Both the position numbers and the translations under genes were made by a program. DNA of 63,892 nt, the filler included, from Intoshia linei (taxonomy: Eukaryota > Animalia > Orthonectida), in the NCBI GenBank assembly GCA_001642005.1. It is 5 parts of 5 records of this genome, joined end to end, with 100 filler letters (N's around TTAATTAATTAA, not from the genome) between each part and the next. Parts side by side here need not be neighbours in the genome. Positions count along the whole stretch, not along the records: positions 18,892 to 40,251 come from LWCA01000651.1; 4 more parts are not named here. One strand, given 5' to 3'. Positions 21,731 through 34,385 of this stretch are shown piece after piece. Under the pieces are notes generated by a model. That model did no database searches. It was given only the letters and a program-made list of their open reading frames with translations, and was not told the origin of the DNA. Each line of letters opens with the position of its first letter. Positions within the stretch are counted from its first letter, which is position 1.

Positions 21731-24700
21731 TTAAATTTTTAATATTTCTTCGACTTGATCTTCCAAAGTTTTAACTTTTTGAGACAGTAACATCTAAATA
21801 AATATAAAATTTAAAAAGTATAACTAACTCTTGAAGTGTATATAATTTTTTTTGCTTTCTCGTAAGAAAGTAAATATCTTGAACTCTTGACAAGTGTCTT
21901 TTCTTCACATAAAGCTACATCTTTGATACATTTAAGGCCATTATCGTAAAGTTCGCGAGCACTAGTCTTCAAAGATATACCAATTTTTTAATAATAAATT
22001 ACCACTTTTAGACCCGGAATTTCCAATAAATCCAATAGTTCTGCTTCAGCACATAAGGCTAAATCCTTAGCAACTTGAGGTAATAGTTTTTCTAAACACC
22101 AAAGATCTTCAAATTTCTGCAATTAATTTAAAATATAATACATAAAATTGTATGTGTATAAATTCATAACATCAAATTGATTTAAATTAGTGATAAAACG
22201 ATTCCTAATTTTTTAAAGATTCAAAAATTTTGCAATCTGAATTATAACAACTAATAAATACTAGTACAGGCGTTTCCACACTTTTTTCAAGGTGAACCGG
22301 TAATAAATGACAAAATTTATAGCGGACCATGAAAAAAAATTGATAAAAAACGTGATAAATTGTCTTTTAATTGGTAAAAACTATTTTGCGAACCAGTATT
22401 GGTCCGTGGCGCGGAATTTGTGCAACATTGCACTAGTATTTCTTAAAATACAAAAACACCTTAAAAAAAATTCTAAATAACATCAAATTAATGGTTAAAG
22501 ATTAGATACTGATAAAAAGCGAAGATACAAATTTGTGAAATTGAATCTCAATAAAAAAGTGTAACATCCATCAGATACGAACATACCATGCTGGATGAAC
22601 CCGAAAATACCAACAAAGCTAAAATTTTTTTTACAAACGATGCGTAAAGCCATATAGCCGAGCCACCTCTCAACAAGTTTAGATTTCGTAGTTTAAAATT
22701 GAAACAAAATATATTTCAAAAAGTCAAAACTACACTTTTTTTATATTCAAATTTTAAAAAATTTGTAAGACCCCAAGAGAGTCTCGGGTATATAAGATTC
22801 AACTCCTCCATCTATATTAACGATTATTAATTTTGCTGAGGTTGTTGCTCATAAGATTTAGTATAATCAGAGTTTTCGAAATAATATTAGACTAAGTGGA
22901 CATTTCCTGTTAGCGTTGGTTTTTATTAAATTTTATTAATGATGGGATAAAAATGGGATTTTTTAAATAATAATGTAGCGGTCGTCTAGGTTTTGGGATA
23001 ATCAACATCTAGAAACTCTCTAATAAATATTAAAATTTCTCCTATATAAATAAAAAAAAGTTGATCAAAATTTGTACCTAAACCCCAGGCATATAATTTT
23101 GCACCCCAATCTGGAATCACTGTTTTAATGTATAAAAAATTCCGTTAACGAAAAATTAGTCTGTATTTGTTAGGTGCTACTGAAAATCTTATAAACTATA
23201 TTACATTTTATATAAGATTTTCGAAGGAAAAGCTGAAATTTAACAAAAAACCTGTTTCCCTACAAATTAAATCTCATGTTAATAACCCTAGTTGAAATGG
23301 TAGATAGATCGTTTTCCATTTTTTGCTCAGCACAAGTAAAATTTACTGGGGCACACTAGTGATCCAGGGTCCTTCTTTTGAGAAATCAACTCACGCTCTA
23401 ACTCACCAATTTATTTTAATTTAGAAAAACCTCAGTTTTTTAAACCGATGATTATTTTCTTTGTAAAAATTGAAATAGTTGAAAAATAGATGAATGGTAA
23501 AATCTTTAGATAAATAATACAAAACTATTCAATGCTAAATAGGTTTCATACTCTCGAAAATCAAAATTGGGCCTCTAAAAATTTTTTTGTCCAATGCTGT
23601 GCAATGTCATATATCCACTAGCCACCCCTTTATGGATCTGGGTTTGACAGTTTAAACACAAAATAGTCATGATCTTCAATAATATAGTATGTTAAATGTT
23701 AATTTTGTAAAAATTTTGTTGAGGCTCCGAAAAACGACCTCGAGACGGTAAGTTCTACTCTGTTCCGACACGTTTACTAAACAATGATTTTCAAAAAATG
23801 TTAATAACTGGAAATCACTGTATTATCTGATTTTTTTGATTTTTAAAAAAGGTTAATTTGGGTTTTTAACCATAAAGGCCTCAATTTCTTAAATGTTACA
23901 ACTATTCATTTTGTAATTAAGTTTTAATACACACAGACATTTATTTTCATATAAGTAAAGCATTTCCAAAAAATCACTTCAAAGGGAACAATTCGATCAT
24001 CATTAGGAACATTTATAACCACATTTATGGACCCACAAAAGGTTTTCATTTTCATCAACCAGCAAGAATGAAAAAGTTGAAAAACGCTGATTTAAATTAT
24101 ATAAATTCATTTCAGAGTTACAAAAAATGTTTTAATAATTTAAAAGATAATTAATATAAATTAATAAACTAACTTCAACAAACCGACAAAGAGAAGATGC
24201 CTGACTTGCTGAATTTGAAAGTAAATTTTGAACAATCCCTCTGTCTACATTATACATAGAAGCTACTTTCCAGCAACTTTTGGTCAACCAAACTTGATGT
24301 AATAATATAGCACAAAAGAATCTTTTAATTTTATCCTCATTGTCTTTCTAAAAATGAACTTATAAAATGAAATGAAATTTACAAACTGGTAATCTATTTC
24401 CAGACGATTTTCGAAAAATCATGTTCTCGGAGATACCAATATTTAAACATACATGTTGATCATACTCAGAAAGATTGTTAAACTAAACAAAAATGGAATA
24501 GCAATACATCATATACATGTAAAGTAAATAAAATTACAATTGAGGTATAATTCATTTGATAATTATAGAAATATGCTTCAATATCAATGGGTACGACCAA
24601 ATAAAGCAAATGCAAATGATTTTGAAGACACAGGGTTTTGGATGCGTTGCGTAAATGCGATAAAATTAATTGAGATTTTTCTAACGGCATATAAGAATTA

Positions 24701-26529
24701 TTTGAAGCAACACCCAATGGAGAAGGAATGAGTTGACTTTTTTCGATATCAATCAATCTATTTTTTATCAACATTTCAATACAGGTGTTTACTGTTTCGT
24801 CAATGCTAGCAAAATTATTTTTACATTGTTGTGTGTAGAATAGAGTTTTTTCGATAACAGAATATATAGTTTTATTGGTGTATATTTGCGGACCAATTGT
24901 GCTGGAAAGAATGAGCCTTTTTAATCCATTATAGTCATTTAAAGAAAGACAACTTTCACAATACCTCTTTCCATCTCTGATGAGATTAATAAATTTTTCC
25001 TTGTCAGTTAGGTTATTTAATATAACAATAGAATCCCCAATTTCGTCTATCCCCGCACGACCAGCTCTACCAGACATTTGTTTGTATTCGCTAAAAGTTA
25101 AAAAATTCCTTCCAACATATGGAGATCTGATTATTACTCTTCGTGCAGGAAGATTCACACCGGCAGCTAGAGTGGAGGTGCAACAAATGACATAAATAAT
25201 GCTAGAATTATACGCATCTTCAATGGATTTTCGTTCATCGCGTGTGAGGCCGGCATGGTGGTAGGCAATTCCGCATGGAATTGTTTTACTTAAAATAGGG
25301 CACATGGACCCCATACCATCTTCTTTTAAAGTGGCTAATAGTTGCATTTTTTCATTTACTCTGATATTTAAAAAATTTGGGTTACAATTGCTAGAAAGCA
25401 TTAATGCAACATTTTCTGCGTTTCTTTTGGTAGGACAAAAAATAATCACAGATTTAGATGGTATAATTTCTTGGACCAGTGGGTATATATTATCGACATC
25501 TGCAATAGAACTACCGTGTAATTTTTTGAACGTGTAATATGCTCTGCCACCATTTCCATTAATTTCGTCAATAGTAATATCGTTCATATTACGAGAATGG
25601 GATGTTATAATCTCGTCGCACGGGTTAAACTTTTTGTTGATTTCATAAATATCATAATCATATTTTATAAATTCATCCAAATTAACCGGTCGAAAATCAT
25701 CCGAAAATATTCTGGCGTTCATAAACGTGGCAAAGTCACCGAGATTGCTTATAGTTGCAGACATTCCAATGATCTGGGTGACTGGGGCATGAACTAAAAG
25801 CTTATTAATCATCATTTCTAAAGTGCAACTTCGATCTGCATTATTCCCAAGCATATGAAGTTCATCGATGGCACAAATTCCTATATCCGATATTCTTTCG
25901 TCTTCAATTAAACTGTTAATTATTGCATTAGCTTTTTCTATTGTAGCAATATACAAGGTTCTTTTATTTCTACGCTTAATTGGAGGTATACGCCCACGAG
26001 TACCAGAATAATCTTCAACGATAAATTGCAAACGCATACCTAGTTCACTTAAAGCTTTCATTTTTTCTTCAACAATTGAAACGTATGGTAAAACCAGAAT
26101 TGCGTCCAATTGATGCATTAAAACTGTTTGAACAATCAATATTTCTGCAATTAAAGTTTTTCCTCCACTTGTAGGCACACAATAAATGAGGTTTTCGCGA
26201 GATTCTAAACATGAAAGGGATAAACATTTATTTTGCCAATCATACAACTTTACAACTTTTTTTATATCCAAAAAAGTGTTCCAAATGGGTACGGGTAATC
26301 CGTATATTGTTTCAATTTTTTCAGATTTATTTAAATTTGTATTTTCCAAGTTACCAAAAGATGCGTTACTGTAATTTGTTGAATTGAAATTAAAACTAGA
26401 TTCATGCATACTATTATTTTGCGTGTTTTTATTAAATCTATTGCAAAACATTTCGTAGTAGGATATGCTTGGTTCATTTCTTATAGTTTGATCTTGGACC
26501 TTCATTTTTTTGTTAATGGGTGAAATCAT
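21731..26529 (-). CDS. HELQ: DNA helicase HELQ (Hel308/Mus301)
   Basis: PTSGGKT, DELH, GMSAT, YHHAGL, STLAAGVNLPARRV, QMSGRAGR. C-terminal exons LLEIPGL..ARELYDNG..MLLSQKVKTLEDQVEE end without a polymerase domain, so HELQ rather than POLQ. Confidence 0.92.
22267..22431. mobile_element. Small hAT-type MITE in a HELQ intron
   Basis: CAGGCGTTTCCACA / TGTGCAACATTG ends; near-identical flanks TACTAGTA and CACTAGTA. Confidence 0.5.
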
Positions 26530-27009
26530 TGTAATTTTATAAATTTTTGTCAATTTTTTAATTTTAATTTTTAAATTTTAAATATTTTAACTCAAAATTT
26601 TTTGTTTATATAGTTACAAACATACTAACACATTAATGTCCATATTAAAATTTAATCTAATGATTGATAAGCCATATCGGTAACTTTAACTTTATCAATC
26701 AAGATTAATTAAACATTGTTATTAATAACATTACTTTTAAATTGACCTAAAAGGAAACTTTTTTAGTGATTCACTTTTTTTAAATTTCAAAATCAAAAAA
26801 ATTCAGACTGACATAAGATAAATTTCAAATTAAAAAATTAAAATTCAAAAGTTTTTTCCTGGTCAAAAATTATCAACCATTATTGTTAAAATTCAAATTT
26901 TGACTTTGTTTGAAAAAACAGATTAAGGTAAAATGATTTAGTAAAAATGTATCGGTAATTAAAATTTATATAACAACATTACATGTATTTGTAGTATGTG
27001 ATGTGATGA

Positions 27010-30000
27010 CTATATATTGAATGAAAATATTCTAAACAATTTTAAATAAATTATAAATTATTTTCAATTTTAACTCCTGAGCCAAACCTACCATAGTCGT
27101 GAGTTACGACTCGTGACCCAAAAATTAAAAATAGAACTATAAAATTACTTGTTAAAATTAGGAATACATTTCAGAATTCTATTTAACTCGAAAAAATTTA
27201 TGTATCCGTCATTATTTAGGTCCGCTTCATCAAATACCTAAATTAATACCTTTAATTTTATGTAATAAAAACTTGCTTCTTGTAATAGACGCGACTCTTC
27301 AAAATAATTCGTGTCTCCTCTGTTTACGTAAGCCTTTATAAGTAGTTTCATATCATTTTCATTTATTTTGTTGTCTCCGTCAAAGTCTAATTTGTAATTT
27401 AATTTTGTTGTATTTTGAAAGCGGTACCAAATAATTTGAATGCATAATAACTTTTTACATGAAATGGAGCATTTTCTGAAAAAACTGACAACAAATCCAA
27501 AAAATCTTCAAATGTTATCAAATTGTTTTTGTTTGAATTAAACATAATACATAATCTTTTTCTGAAAGGATTCACCTAAATTTTTTTCATTTCTCATAAA
27601 ATTTAAAATGAGACTATGATTTATAAATTATAATACTGATACTAATATTAGTAATGATAAATAAATAAATATTACTAACATTATAATTTAATGGTACTAG
27701 TATTATATATACTACTCTGTTTTTTCTCGATTATAAGCAGACCCCTGAAATACAAATTTTCAGTGAAATTTTTAACTAAATAAAATTTGAATATGAGCAG
27801 TTTTTGCTTGAATTCGAAAGAAAGAACTTTAAACAAAAAATAGACAACATATCAATTTATTTCTAAAAAATAACTTTCTTCATACAATAGAATGTCTACT
27901 TTATAAATTTATACTAATTAGACAAAAACTTTTAGTGTATTTTTTATATTTTTCAAGGTCTGCTTAAAAGTCTGTTGTTTTTGATTATATTAAACTAAAA
28001 CTTTGTACTACCAAGTGATTTTAAATTTTTGTCAAAATCAAAAGGAATCAATTATATAAATTTTTACCATATTTTTTTATTAGAAATGTGTAAACTCTAC
28101 AAATACAAAAACAATGGATATTTATAAAATATCTAGAGCTGTTTTCATTAAAAATAGAAGGGTAATTTGTGGTTTTGGCTATGAAGATGTGAGTTTGGGA
28201 GGTTGAAATTTATCTTATTATACGTTCCGGAAAAACTGTAATTAAAATGTGGACTTTATAAAATTCTAAAACTAGTAGTTATTTCAATAAAGTGGAACAC
28301 ACACCCACAAAAATCGCGTAGCATATTATATAAGTTAGGATTATACAATAAGAAATAATCATTTTGTACATTAATTTCTATGCACTCTCGACAAAAATCA
28401 TCAATTTTGATGGTATTTTTCAGTATATCATTTTCTTTCTGATTTTCATGTAATTTCTGATAAATCTGCATGTATATTATAGCAGCTCTAAAAAATAATG
28501 TAAAATACAGTCTAAGACATAGACTTCAAGTCCTTATTAATTAATATGGAATTTTCTATATAATAACACTTTAAGTTAACGGAATTTAATTTTTTAAAAT
28601 AAAAACCATTAAATGGCCATATTTTTATTTATTTTGAGTTTTTGAATAATAAATGACGAAATAATATACACAAAACATTATCAAGAGGTCAATGTGGACT
28701 CATGGGGTTCACAGCAGATTTTTGGGATGCAAGAAAAATTTTATAAATTTTAAATTATTTACAGATGCATGTATAAAATAAAGTCAAAAATGATATTTTC
28801 GCAATGATAGTAATTATTTCTAATTAACCCTTTGACTTAATGATAAAAATCTAAAATATTAAAAACTACACATATGCGTGTAGTCGTAATATGAACCGTA
28901 TTTTAAAATACGTCCATTTTATTTTAAATTGCTGCATATTTATTACCAATTTCGATTTCCTAAACATTAACTTTAATTCTTTAAAAACCGGTTTAATTTG
29001 CTAAAAAGGAGTAATTTTTTTAATCAGATTCTAACGGGTTTTTTTGAGTAATTTTTTTAACCAAATTCTAACGGGATTTTTTGAGTAATTATTTTAATCA
29101 GATTCTAACTGGTTTTTTTGAGTAATTTTTTTAACCAGATTCTAACAGGGCTATTAACGCCATTAAATTTAATATCTCGCCGTGTTATTGTTATAATGTT
29201 CTATCTGCATAAACATAGCTTTTTATAAATCGACTTTAAAGTTTAAAAGTACTATATTGCCTAAAATATAATTTTTATGTTGAAATTTAATTATACAATT
29301 TAGTTTTTATATATTTGTTAAAGTACATTGAAAAGTTTCGTACAATAAAAATAAAAACATAAGGGTTTTTCAAAACTTAAATTTCACAAATCAAACCATC
29401 TGTTTACAGTGCGCAACATAAATCTTAGACACCCCAATTGTAATCAATTTAAACACTCCTGGTTCATGATTTAAGACATTAACACATGTTCTTGATCATA
29501 CACTAGATATTATATAAGAAAATGTCTTAAATCATGAACCAAAAGTGTTTAAATTAATTACAATGATGGTGCCTAAGACTTATGTCGCGCACTGTAACTA
29601 TTTGATTTGAAACAAGTGCAAATAGAACATTATTCTATAGAAACTGTTAACATTTAACATTTTTATCATCAAAAATAATTTTTATCAATTTATATGTTTA
29701 AATTATAAAATTCTTTACTCATTGTTCATTTTGATTGACATACTTTTAATATTTTTCTTTTTAGAATCTGTGAGATTACTTTTAATAGGAATTTGATAAT
29801 TATGTAAGTATGTAATGTTATGTAACATTTTTCATCAAAAACCTCATTTTTGACAAAAATTCAGATAAAACATTATAACTATAACACTGCGATCTATTAA
29901 AAATTTAATAAAAAAAGTAACAAGTTAACTTTTAAATAGTAAAAAAATTGGTTTATATAAATGATAGTCATTAAAAATTGATTATAGAGCTTTAGAGATA

Positions 30001-30721
30001 AAATTTTTATGTACAGAATTTTTGGTTCATACAAATTCGTTAAGAAAAAATGTGTGATTATAGCTTTCTTATTGACTCAATGATTATGATCATATCAATA
30101 TGAAAAACACGGTATTCTACCTAATTCAGGGTTTTTTAACCGGAGGTACTAGCACCCCTAGGTTTGCTAAAAAAACTATTATTATTTTTTAAATTTTGAA
30201 TAAAAAAATCTAATCAAAATTATTTTCAAATTGAACTTTTTAAAGTTAAGTGGCCGGGTCCATACTCAACCAATTTAAATTATTTTTTCAGGAAAGTGAT
30301 CACCATCACCAATAATACTTATGGTGAAAAATACTTTTAGACATTTGAATATAGTGATCATCCTAATGCCCATTTATTGATTATGTTCAATAGAGGTATT
30401 TTTTAAAATCTCAATAAAATACGGATTTTAAGTTGAATTTTAAGGTAGCATTTTTATTTTCTAGGGGTACTAAAAATAATTTATCTGACTAACGGGGGTG
30501 CTAAATTTAAAAAAGGTTAAAAAATCTTGACCTAATTATTTCACTTGAATCTAAAAATATCTTGTCATCAATAGTATCAAGTTTTTACCTAATAATTTCA
30601 TGAGAAGATAAAAAAAGCAAATCCTAAATTTCAAAATAGATTAAATACTTTAAAATGTTAACATTTTCACCTGATATGAATCCACTTGGTCTTGAGATAA
30701 ATGTGAATGACTATTTCCCAT
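27010..30721 (-). CDS. CIB1: Calcium- and integrin-binding protein (EF-hand, probably N-myristoylated)
   Basis: MGNSHSHLSQDQVDSYQ|DLLFLSSHEIIR|AAIIYM..|VNPFRKRLC..ITFEDFLDLLSVFSENAPFHVKSYYAFKLF|DFDGDNKIN..|VFDEADLNNDGYINFFE..|IFSFNI*, collinear with CIB1. Confidence 0.85.
29009..29150. repeat. Minisatellite, 37-bp unit x about 4
   Basis: GAGTAATTTTTTTAACCAGATTCTAACGGG.. units start at 29009, 29046, 29083 and 29120. Confidence 0.9.
29407..29594. mobile_element. Foldback Tc1/mariner-type MITE
   Basis: TA-flanked CAGTGCGCAACATAAATCTTAG / CTAAGACTTATGTCGCGCACTG; arms are complementary for about 75 bp. Confidence 0.8.
30127..30529. mobile_element. hAT-type MITE
   Basis: TIR CAGGGGTTTTTTAACC / GGTTAAAAAATCTTG; perfect TSD ACCTAATT. 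Confidence 0.85.
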
Positions 30722-31273
30722 AACTAGTAGAATTAATTAGATAATTAACGAAATACTATAAAAATATAAATCGTTTTTTTATCAATTTGCGTTATTTTGA
30801 CTATACACTAAGTGTATTACACATACAATATATGTTTATTATAATTACAAATTTTTAAATTGGAATTTTGTATAATACTTATACCGCCGACCCACGCGTC
30901 ATTTACGTGGTCTCGAGAATCATAGATTCGGTCAACCATTAATCATCCAATTTTTAATTAATTTATTATACTAAAATTGAAATTTTTTCTGTACGTTAAC
31001 AGTTAACGTACAGCAGTATGAAACAATCGTAGTTTTTATTTTTTTAACTAACGTCTAATACGTTTGTGATAATTCAAATTTCATGTAAAAAAATTTGTTC
31101 ATTAGTAAACTGCATTAACCTGGAAATTTGATATCCAGAATTAATTTAAAAAATTTCCCAATGTCTGTGTGGAATGTACAAATCTTCTGTGTCTTCATAT
31201 ACCTTAGTATATTCTAATAAATTTATACAAGTACAATTTATAATAAATTGTTTATAATTGTATAAAATTTCGA

Positions 31274-31357
31274 GTCAGGATGGCCGAGTGGTCCAAGGCG
31301 GCAGACTTAAGCTCTGCTCCACGAATGTGGGCGTGGGTTCGAACCCCACTTCTGACA
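31274..31357 (+). tRNA. tRNA-Leu(UAA)
   Basis: GTCAGGA acceptor stem, TGGCCGAGTGG A box, anticodon arm GCAGA-CTTAAGC-TCTGC, long variable arm, GGTTCGAACCC B box, followed by an oligo-T terminator. Confidence 0.96.
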
Positions 31358-31467
31358 TTTTTTTTATTTCTCTATTGAATTCATATTTAAAAAATTTTTG
31401 TTTTCCAAGTTATTTTGTGATGATGAAAATGATGTAAAAATGGTTAAATTTTTATATTCGAAAAAAA

Positions 31468-31551
31468 TGTCAGAAGTGGGGTTCGAACCCACGCCCACAT
31501 TCGTGGAGCAGAGCTTAAGTCTGCCGCCTTGGACCACTCGGCCATCCTGAC
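31468..31551 (-). tRNA. tRNA-Leu(UAA), identical inverted copy
   Basis: Exact reverse complement of 31274-31357, with its own T7 terminator. Confidence 0.96.
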
Positions 31552-31941
31552 TTGATATTTCACATTTTGTGTAATTATATTTCAAAGAATTTATAAATTT
31601 ATGAAATAAATTTAAATTACAATCATATCCTTTGATGTAATAAATAAATTAATATTCTCAGTTGTTTACAGTGACAATACAATTTCTATCATAATCATAT
31701 ATACATGTTTAAAATTGAAATTACATGAAAATAATGCATTTACAATGAGCAAATACATCAATACAGTACTTTACCATATTAAATTAACTCTATCAAATTT
31801 ACAAGCATTTAAAATATTATAATAAATAATTGTAAAATAAAGTCTTGCCAAACTTCCAATTTAAATAAACAAGACAACCAATTTTCAATAAAATGTTGAA
31901 ATAAATTTTTATTTATTTTGAAATTAAGTACAAATTTTTAA

Positions 31942-33782
31942 ATGAAAAATCTTGATATTGATCAGATTAAAAAAGTTTGGATCGAAAATTTAATAAAATT
32001 GCCTTCATCGGTTCATGATGGTTTTACAGTATTTTTTAAAACCATGATGAATGAAAATGTTCAATTTAATCTAAATGAAGATATTGTACATAAGGAAAAC
32101 TTGAAACACTTACCATCTAGCAAAATGACCGATCAAGAATTAATAAAGTATTGTCAGTCTATGGAATCGTTAACTAGGTATTTTTTTTTATATTGATTTA
32201 ATGAGTTAGTTTAGACAATATTGGTGTATTCAATATGTCATATGATGGACCTAGCACTATGAAAACGATCACGTATTTCATTTTTTTATTTAAAAATTAT
32301 AGAACACATATTGCACTAATTTTTTTGTATTTATTCCATTTTATAATTTTCATAATAAAAAAATTTATTCACATTTTATATATACTGTTTTTAAATTTAA
32401 ATTTGCAATACATTTTGATACGCTTTTATAGATTAATTGACGAAAACCACGAGAAAAGTATATTTTCAAAATGTGATTCAATTTTTTTTTTCGACAATAA
32501 TTTCTCAAATATTGTTTGCGATCCTTGTTTATCAAAGAATCAGGTATATTGTTTCATCTATTTTTTAGATGTTTATTTATACAATTAGATGATTTGTAAT
32601 TTTAAAACAACGATACAAGTTCCGGAAAAAAAGAATTGTATGTTATATATTTAAAGAAGTGTACATTAATAATTTAATTATATGTTTAGATATTGATCGA
32701 ATTGATAATTTAATTTATACTATAGTTTTATATTCACCTTTTATGCATGGACTCTGCAAGGTACATTTGTAATTTGTTTATATTTTTGTGTTTATTGAAA
32801 AATTTTATGTTTTATATTATTTCACTGTTTTTCAAAGACTGTCGCGAACTCGTTTGAAGTTTTGAACTCAGTTTTTGTGCTAATTTTGTTTCAGACAGCA
32901 TTATGCAACTTTAATCAGTTGCAAATAATTTTTTCTATTGCTGCAGAGTTGTTCAAAAAAATTTTATTTGACAATCAATGTAAATTATACCTCAATATTA
33001 GAAAATATCTCAAATTATTGATGTCCATTCGGATAATCTGATCAGTGATGTTGTCGACAATTTTTTTTGTTTTTATGACGGTATCAACGACAAGAATATT
33101 ATCAACAATACTATCGATGAAATTCAAGATGCAATACCAGTTTGTTGTAAATGTAATATGTATTTACTATTTATTTCTAGAATACATCAAAACCGAGCAT
33201 TTTGTTTATGGGTGAATATACATTTGTCGATACACGTTCTAGAAAAGAACAGGATGAATATTTGTATTTATTGTTATCCAAATTGTTTATAAATTTTTAG
33301 GGACGTTATTAATTTCATCAAATTAAATAAAGAAAATTATGACGGCAATTACTTATCAATGGAATCGACTAAGATGTCTGATTTAAATTTTAAAATGGGA
33401 AAATTTTACAGTTACTATCATCAATGTACATGTGAACATCCATTTGTCATTAAAAGTGTTCGGTATTTTTTGTTAAATGTTTTTTGTTTGTATTATTAGT
33501 ATCGCCAATCAACATGATTCAGTCAAGCCAGAAAACTACCCCAATATTACATATTTTTATTCTATCAAACGCAACAAATGCCAAATTTGCCGTGAAAAAT
33601 CAATTCAAATTATTTTGAAAAATCACAGTCTTTTACCCATCACTTTATGTTATTGTTGTTGTGATTGTTTTCAAGACCTTAAAAATTGTTCAAAAACAAA
33701 AATGTCTGCATTTCAATGTTGGGATGAATGTAGTTATACCGATTCTGTAAAAAAAACTATTTATTCATTTTCAAATTTGTAA
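31942..33782 (+). CDS. SNAPC3: snRNA-activating protein complex subunit 3 (SNAP50)
   Basis: MESTKMSDLNFKMGKFYSYYHQCTCEHPFVIKSVR|IANQHD..NYP..KCQIC..CYCCCDCF matches the SNAP50 C-terminal zinc-finger region (LGFPYLYCHQGDCEH..CFVC..CFFCDVCF). Confidence 0.82.
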
Positions 33783-34385
33783 ATTTATTAAAATATTTTT
33801 GAGTTCATGTCTTAAACTTTAAGCCGACAAAAGCGGTGTTTTTTAGAAAGTATACATATATATGTAATGTATGCAATAATCTGTTCAACTAATGTAAAAT
33901 CTACTTAGTTATTCACAGGTCAATGATTACTTTGTTTTATTTTTAATATGATATTAGATATTTTTTATACTGAGTTTCAAAACTCGAAGATATAGAGAAA
34001 AAAGACACCAAGCTTAAGTATAGACATCAAATTTTTAAATTATCCTTATATTGTGTCTGAATTGGGTTATTTACACATTACTGTTTGGTATGATCAATAT
34101 AAAATTTTATTGTTTAATTTAAAAATTTTTTAGCATTATTTATTTATTTAGAATAGAGTGTCCGTCGTATCGCAGCCTGAAACCTCTATATATCTATATT
34201 CGTTTGGTAAATGAGTTAAGATACTTTGATTGCTGAATATTCTTTTATAACATTGGAGTAGTTTGAATTAACACCATTTTTTCAGAAATAACTTGTTTAA
34301 TTTTTGTTATATTTTATTATTGGGTGATATCACCGTAATAAAACTTGATTATAACTTAAATACATGTTCTAACTTTATTTAATAT

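Noticed and set aside
16643-26374. Short ORFs overlapping WDR20 and HELQ in other frames or strands
   Set aside because: Shadow ORFs of real coding exons.
24478-26553. POLQ assignment and ORF-track boundaries
   Set aside because: The gene ends with a HELQ-type C-terminus and no polymerase. The ORF starts at TTG and runs into an intron.
29009-29150. CRISPR-like periodic repeat
   Set aside because: There are no unique spacers or cas genes, and the context is a eukaryotic intron.
31364-31585. 73-aa ORF
   Set aside because: It is a translation through the tRNA-Leu gene.
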